IMG/VR virus record: IMGVR_UViG_3300042553_000685
Length of the DNA: 64,000 bases
From: a virus
Direction: 5' to 3' (one strand)
The translations under genes were made by a program, and so were the position numbers. Below, one piece after another: positions 59,449-64,000 of this stretch (position 1 is its first letter; every line of letters starts with the position of its first letter). The notes below the pieces were generated by a model. That model was given only the letters and a program-made list of their open reading frames with translations, made no database searches and was not told the DNA's origin.

Positions 59449-60507
59449 ATGGCTAAGAATGAGATATCAGAGCAACTTAAGCTTGCTCGAAAGCTAGATA
59501 CTGAGCTTAGAGCAAAGTGTTCTAATTACATGGGGGGCCTTGGCTCTACTAGTTCTATCGAGCCTACTACTTTTATACCCAGTGGTATATTCTCATTGGA
59601 CTATGTATTAGGAGGTGGGTGGCCCGTAGGTAAAATAGTAGAGATTGCAGGTGAGACTAGTGTGGGTAAGACCACACTTATGAAACAGTGCGTTAGTCTA
59701 TTACAGGCTAAGGGATACATGGCAGCGTGGTTAGATCACGAGAAGTCATTCGAGGTTGGTTATGCTCGGATGATGGGTATGAAGATGGACCAGATAGCCA
59801 TGTTCCGCCCCGATACAGGAGAGGAGGGTATGGATAGTCTTATTACTCTATTAGACAGTGGTCTAGTCAAGATAGTCGTTATTGATTCAGTAGCGAATAT
59901 GATAGGGGCTGTTGAGATGGAGAAGGGCTCTGCTGATGCTACTGTTGCTCAATTGGCCCGCCTGCTTAGTAAGAAACTACCTCAAGTAGTTAATGCTGCT
60001 AATAAGACTGGTGCTATCGTAGTGTTGATTAATCAGTATCGCACTAAGGTAGGTAGTTATGGGGCCCCCGTCGGCTCCACTGGTGGTAAGGCCCTGGCCT
60101 ATAATGCTGCCGTACAACTGCGGCTAGGACGAGGAGATCCCCTTAAACAGCGGGGCGTTATAACTGGTATGACTATTACAGTCAAGAACACTAAGAATAG
60201 AGTAGCTATTCCCTTTCGTGAGGCAGAGTTAGATTTACTATTACCCTATACAGGCCCCAATGGGGATCTACTGGCGGGCGTGGATCTAGTGGGCGACATT
60301 GTACGTCAGGCTGTTAAGACTGGTATAGTTACTCGTAGTGGGGCCTTCTATACCCTACCTGATGGTTCTAAGTTCCAGGGCCTAGCAGCAGTTCGTGCTG
60401 GTATTAACCAGAGTATGCTAGATTCTATTTACAGTCAGTTGTCGGAGTACCAAGACAACGCAGCAGGTGATGACACCAAAGAAACAATTAACGACGAGCA
60501 TGTATGA
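59449..60507 (+). CDS. recA: RecA-family recombinase
   Basis: IVEIAGETSVGKTTLMKQ (Walker A), VVIDSVANM (Walker B), LINQYRTKVGSYGAPVGSTGGKALAYNAAVQLRLGRG parallels E. coli RecA FINQIRMKIG...TTGGNALKFYASVRLDIRR. Confidence 0.9.
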   Translation: MAKNEISEQLKLARKLDTELRAKCSNYMGGLGSTSSIEPTTFIPSGIFSLDYVLGGGWPVGKIVEIAGETSVGKTTLMKQCVSLLQAKGYMAAWLDHEKSFEVGYARMMGMKMDQIAMFRPDTGEEGMDSLITLLDSGLVKIVVIDSVANMIGAVEMEKGSADATVAQLARLLSKKLPQVVNAANKTGAIVVLINQYRTKVGSYGAPVGSTGGKALAYNAAVQLRLGRGDPLKQRGVITGMTITVKNTKNRVAIPFREAELDLLLPYTGPNGDLLAGVDLVGDIVRQAVKTGIVTRSGAFYTLPDGSKFQGLAAVRAGINQSMLDSIYSQLSEYQDNAAGDDTKETINDEHV

Positions 60508-60935
60508 CAAACAAGACAACACAACCTCAGTATAAGGTGACACCACCGAATCAGAAACAATTAGCGAATATGACGTTATCGGAGTTGACAAGCAGTATAG
60601 CTAGTCTCAAGCAGGCTCTGCAAGTTATTAGTGAGTATATGAATAAGCATCTTAAGGATGCGGGCTATACGCCCCAGCAATCTAGGAATGACATTTTCTA
60701 TAGTGCCACGCGCCATACTGATGGGCATAGTGATATAGGCAGTGATGTTAGTATGGGGGTTAACAATAATTATACTCCTACTGGTGCTCCAGCTCTATTT
60801 GATGGACGACTAGCTATCGTAGATAGCACACTAGAGGACGAGTTCCGTAGAGAAGTAGATCTGTCTACTGAGGAGTTTGCAGAAGAGCAAGAACGGCTCG
60901 ATCTATTAAATAGCATAAGAAGCAGCCAGCAATAA
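60504..60935 (+). CDS. hypothetical protein (143 aa)
   Basis: ORF track; ATGA overlap with recA. Confidence 0.5.
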   Translation: MTNKTTQPQYKVTPPNQKQLANMTLSELTSSIASLKQALQVISEYMNKHLKDAGYTPQQSRNDIFYSATRHTDGHSDIGSDVSMGVNNNYTPTGAPALFDGRLAIVDSTLEDEFRREVDLSTEEFAEEQERLDLLNSIRSSQQ

Positions 60936-60939
60936 TAAT

Positions 60940-63900
60940 ATGCAAATCAACGTTATACACACAGATGGTACTCGTACCCCCTATGATGCCAATCGCGCTA
61001 TCGAGGTAATTAACTGGGCCTGCGAGGGCCTAGAGGTAGATCCCGATAAGTTATCTCGGCGACTTAGTCGTCGCTTTAATGATGATATCACTACAGAAGC
61101 GATACAGAATGGTCTGATTAGATCAGCAGCTGAATTAGCCGACTTGAATTACCCTGATTGGCTGAAGGTCAGTGGTCGTCTTCGTATGTGGGATTGGCGG
61201 CGTAAGGTTAAGGCCCGCCGCGGCTATCTCTATGGTAATTATCCAGTGGCCTTCGAGTACCTGAGGTCTGAGGGCCTCTATGAAGGAGACCTAATAAAGA
61301 ACTTCTTAGACTTGTATAGTACTGATGACATTGCTGAAGCCGGCACCTGGATAGACCCAGAGCGCGATATGCGCTTTGATATAAGCGGCGCTGATCTTCT
61401 CGTCTCGCGCTATCTACTAGAGGGTGAGTTACTACAGGAGATGTGGCTAACACAAGCATTACTCCTCAGTATGCTGGAGCCCGCCCACGAGCGTATGGCC
61501 TTTGCTCATAAGACCTATGACCTACTCAGCCTCGGTAAGATCAGCCTGGCCACTCCTCTTATGAGTAATCTACGTCAGGCCGATGGTAGCCTCAGTAGTT
61601 GTCATATAATCGATATCGATGATAGTCGCGAGAGTATCTTCGATAATATCAAGCAGCTAGCAGCAATGAGTGCTAATGGCGGTGGGGTGGGCATACGCAT
61701 TAGTAAGGTGCGGGCCCGCGGTAGTCGTATTCGTAAGAAGAAGGGCGCCAGTGGTGGCGTATGCCCTTGGATTAAGATTATCAATGCTACCATCGTCGCT
61801 ACTAATCAACGCGGTGTACGCGCAGGGGCCTGTACCGTAGGTATAGACGTATGGCATGCTGACCTCCTTGAGTACATGGATCTGCGGGGCGATGCTGGTA
61901 GTGAGCATACGAAGGCTCGTGATATCCTGCTGCAATTCATTATCTCTGATGAGTTCATGCGTCGAGTAATTCTCGATGAGGACTGGTACCTAGTGTGCCC
62001 TACTGAAATCAAGAATGTATTTGGATATCAATTAGCCGATATGTACGGTGATGAATTTACCAATGCCTATCACGCCATCGAAACATATATCAACTCCTCC
62101 GCTCCTCCGCTCGACGTAGTTAAGAGGGTCAGCGCTAAGGCTATATGGAAGAAGATGCTGATGCTCCTACTTGAGACAGGTACTCCTTATGTGGCCTTTA
62201 AAGACCGCATTAATGCGCTTAACCCTAACAAGCATGAAGGTATCATCGGTGGAGTAAATCTATGCGTAGCCCCTGAGACACTTCTTTTGACTGATCGGGG
62301 CCACCTACCTATCGCTACCCTAGCAGGGCAGGTAGTCAACGCTTGGAACGGTAGTGAGTGGAGTGAGGTAACGGTACGCCAGACAGGAGAGAATCAGCCC
62401 CTTCTACGAGTCCACTTCAGTAATGGAGAGACGCTCGACTGTACCTACTACCATAAGTTCCACGTACAGCGTCGTAATGGGGTAGATATTGTCGAGGCCC
62501 GCGATCTCGAGATAGGTGATAAGCTTATTAATTTCGATTTGCCAGTTCTATCCTCTGATAACGATGTTGATTTCCTTATATCAAAACTAGGTGACGATAA
62601 GGAAGAGTTACTATCTTACATCGCATATCTTCGTAATCCTAAGGTAGCGGTATACGATTACGTGAAGCAGACCTGTCAGAAGCCCTCATTATATTGCCCT
62701 GATGATTTAACTGTTCCCATTAATGGTTATACTATTCAGACCCGATTAGAGTGGTTGGCTAGGCTGCTTGATTCTAATGGTACTTATAATAGCTTCCAAA
62801 CCTTCAAAATAACGCATACCAGTAAGCCCTTCCTATTACAAGTGCGGCTCATGCTACAGACGCTTGGAGTGGACTCTAAGGTTTTCCCCCGGTATAAAGG
62901 GCTTCGGGCGTATCGTCAGGAGAAGTTCTGCCTATTAATTGATAGGTATGGAGTATATCAGTTATCCCAACTAGGCCTACGAACTAATCGCCTTCAGTGG
63001 ATGGCTAAAAAACCTAAGTATGACAATACTGATCACATTACTATCAAGAAGGTAGAACTCACTGGTCGTCGTGATAATACGTACTGCGCTCACGAACCTA
63101 AGCGTAACCTGCTCATGTTCAATGGAGTGCTTACAGGCAATTGCGTCGAGTCATATAGTTTATTCAATAGCAGCTACTCACATTGCTGTATGCTTCTGTC
63201 GTTAGTACTACCTCGTATTGCTGACGATGAGATGGCTGATGTTAGCCGTATGGCTGTTCGTCTATTAGATGCCGCGTGTGATCTTACTACTAGCCCTACT
63301 CCTGAGGCTCGCGCTCATGTGAGCCGCTATCGTACCATAGGCGTAGGTGTCATGGGGCTGGCTGACTGGTTAGCCATTAGGCACCTTAAGTATCAGGATC
63401 TCGATGTCATAGAAAGACTATTCGAAGACATCTGCTTCTATACTACTCAGGCTAGTGTAGAACTAGCAGAGGAGCGCGGGGCTTATCCTGCATTCCCTGG
63501 TAGTGAGTGGAGTAAGGGCCTTATCCTGGGTGGTCGTGATAAGGAGTGGGTGAGAGATAATAGCACCGACCCCGAGAGATGGTATGCCCTCATGGAGCGT
63601 TTAGTCGTATCGGGTATTCGTAATTCTCACATCCTGGCTACTGCTCCTAACTCCAGCACCTCGTTGGTACAGGGCACCACGGCTTCCTTCTTACCTGTCT
63701 TCTCTCGTCTTACCATTGATAAGAATGGGGCTGGTATTAATACCATTGTCCCACTCTATATCAAGGAGGCATTTCACTTTTATCAGGAGAGCCGCCATAC
63801 TCATCCCAGTGTCGTAGTCTCTGCTGCAGCAGTTATTCAGAAATGGATAGATACTGGTCTTAGCACTGAGTTGTTATTCAATTTCAATGAACACGCCTAT

Positions 63901-64000
63901 GGCCTCGACATCGTAGCCACTGCTAAGGATCTAAATGATGTCTATCTGCAGGCGTGGCGTGAGGGCCTCAAGACATTATATTACGTGCGGAGTATATGGC
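60940..64000 (+). CDS. nrdA: class I ribonucleotide reductase alpha subunit (NrdA-like), intein-containing, 3' end beyond window
   Basis: Hand translation. The N-terminus VIHTDGTRTPYDANRAIEVINWACEGL parallels E. coli NrdA. Also GGGVGIRISKVRARGS, RGVRAGACTV, TGTPYVAFKDRINALNPN, GGVNL|C, RTIGVGVMGLADWL, ATAPNSSTSL, KTLYYVRS. Absent from the ORF track because it is open at the window end. Confidence 0.9.
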   Translation, partial: MQINVIHTDGTRTPYDANRAIEVINWACEGLEVDPDKLSRRLSRRFNDDITTEAIQNGLIRSAAELADLNYPDWLKVSGRLRMWDWRRKVKARRGYLYGNYPVAFEYLRSEGLYEGDLIKNFLDLYSTDDIAEAGTWIDPERDMRFDISGADLLVSRYLLEGELLQEMWLTQALLLSMLEPAHERMAFAHKTYDLLSLGKISLATPLMSNLRQADGSLSSCHIIDIDDSRESIFDNIKQLAAMSANGGGVGIRISKVRARGSRIRKKKGASGGVCPWIKIINATIVATNQRGVRAGACTVGIDVWHADLLEYMDLRGDAGSEHTKARDILLQFIISDEFMRRVILDEDWYLVCPTEIKNVFGYQLADMYGDEFTNAYHAIETYINSSAPPLDVVKRVSAKAIWKKMLMLLLETGTPYVAFKDRINALNPNKHEGIIGGVNLCVAPETLLLTDRGHLPIATLAGQVVNAWNGSEWSEVTVRQTGENQPLLRVHFSNGETLDCTYYHKFHVQRRNGVDIVEARDLEIGDKLINFDLPVLSSDNDVDFLISKLGDDKEELLSYIAYLRNPKVAVYDYVKQTCQKPSLYCPDDLTVPINGYTIQTRLEWLARLLDSNGTYNSFQTFKITHTSKPFLLQVRLMLQTLGVDSKVFPRYKGLRAYRQEKFCLLIDRYGVYQLSQLGLRTNRLQWMAKKPKYDNTDHITIKKVELTGRRDNTYCAHEPKRNLLMFNGVLTGNCVESYSLFNSSYSHCCMLLSLVLPRIADDEMADVSRMAVRLLDAACDLTTSPTPEARAHVSRYRTIGVGVMGLADWLAIRHLKYQDLDVIERLFEDICFYTTQASVELAEERGAYPAFPGSEWSKGLILGGRDKEWVRDNSTDPERWYALMERLVVSGIRNSHILATAPNSSTSLVQGTTASFLPVFSRLTIDKNGAGINTIVPLYIKEAFHFYQESRHTHPSVVVSAAAVIQKWIDTGLSTELLFNFNEHAYGLDIVATAKDLNDVYLQAWREGLKTLYYVRSIW
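62263..63141 (+). mobile_element. intein (293 aa) with LAGLIDADG homing-endonuclease domain, inserted at the NLC active-site motif
   Basis: The extein reads GGVNL / CVESYS (NLCxE). The insert starts CVAPETLLLTD and ends VLTGN followed by Cys. LEWLARLLDSNGTY is a LAGLIDADG block. Confidence 0.8.

Noticed and set aside
61208-62012. Four minus-strand ORFs listed by the track in a region with no plus-strand ORF
   Set aside because: The plus strand carries the nrdA frame, which is open to the window end and therefore missing from the track. The minus ORFs are antisense artefacts.

Overview
The window looks like part of a large tailed cyanophage or prophage genome with a mosaic make-up. A backbone rich in the hexamer GGGCCC carries the phage genes. 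These include a PAAR spike tip, tail-fibre proteins with LamG and tail-collar domains, two endolysins (GH19 and M15 peptidase, each with a PG-binding domain), RecA, a ThyX-like protein and a PPP phosphatase. It also carries Bro-N/KilAC antirepressors, one tRNA-Met(CAT), and a class I RNR alpha subunit split by a LAGLIDADG intein at the NLC active site. A 1,693-aa ORF contains beta-like and beta-prime-like (DADGDQ) motifs in the correct order, and I interpret it as a cryptic single-chain two-barrel RNA polymerase. The plus-strand block at 6.2-15.4 kb is built from insulated gene cassettes. Each is preceded by the same unit: GC hairpin, T-run, TTCTAGTGA, an AT-rich box and CCTAGGAGG. This block contains a clear DUF1874/AcrIII-1 ring-nuclease homologue and ends with a cassette that has no ORF and precedes a 430-nt hairpin-repeat region. 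AT-richer, cyanobacterium-like islands that lack GGGCCC are interspersed in the backbone. They carry three TnpB-encoding IS elements (two IS607-type, one IS200/IS605-type), pentapeptide-repeat genes, STRR-like heptamer repeats and several frameshifted genes. They also carry three FGE/SUMF1-domain genes whose last ~110 nt look like DGR variable regions, although no template repeat or reverse transcriptase is visible here. The most unusual locus is a solitary 37-nt cyanobacterial-type CRISPR repeat just 3' of an IS607-type tnpB. It abuts a copy of the 3' half of the tRNA-Met gene exactly. All functional calls rest on motifs read by eye; no searches were run.
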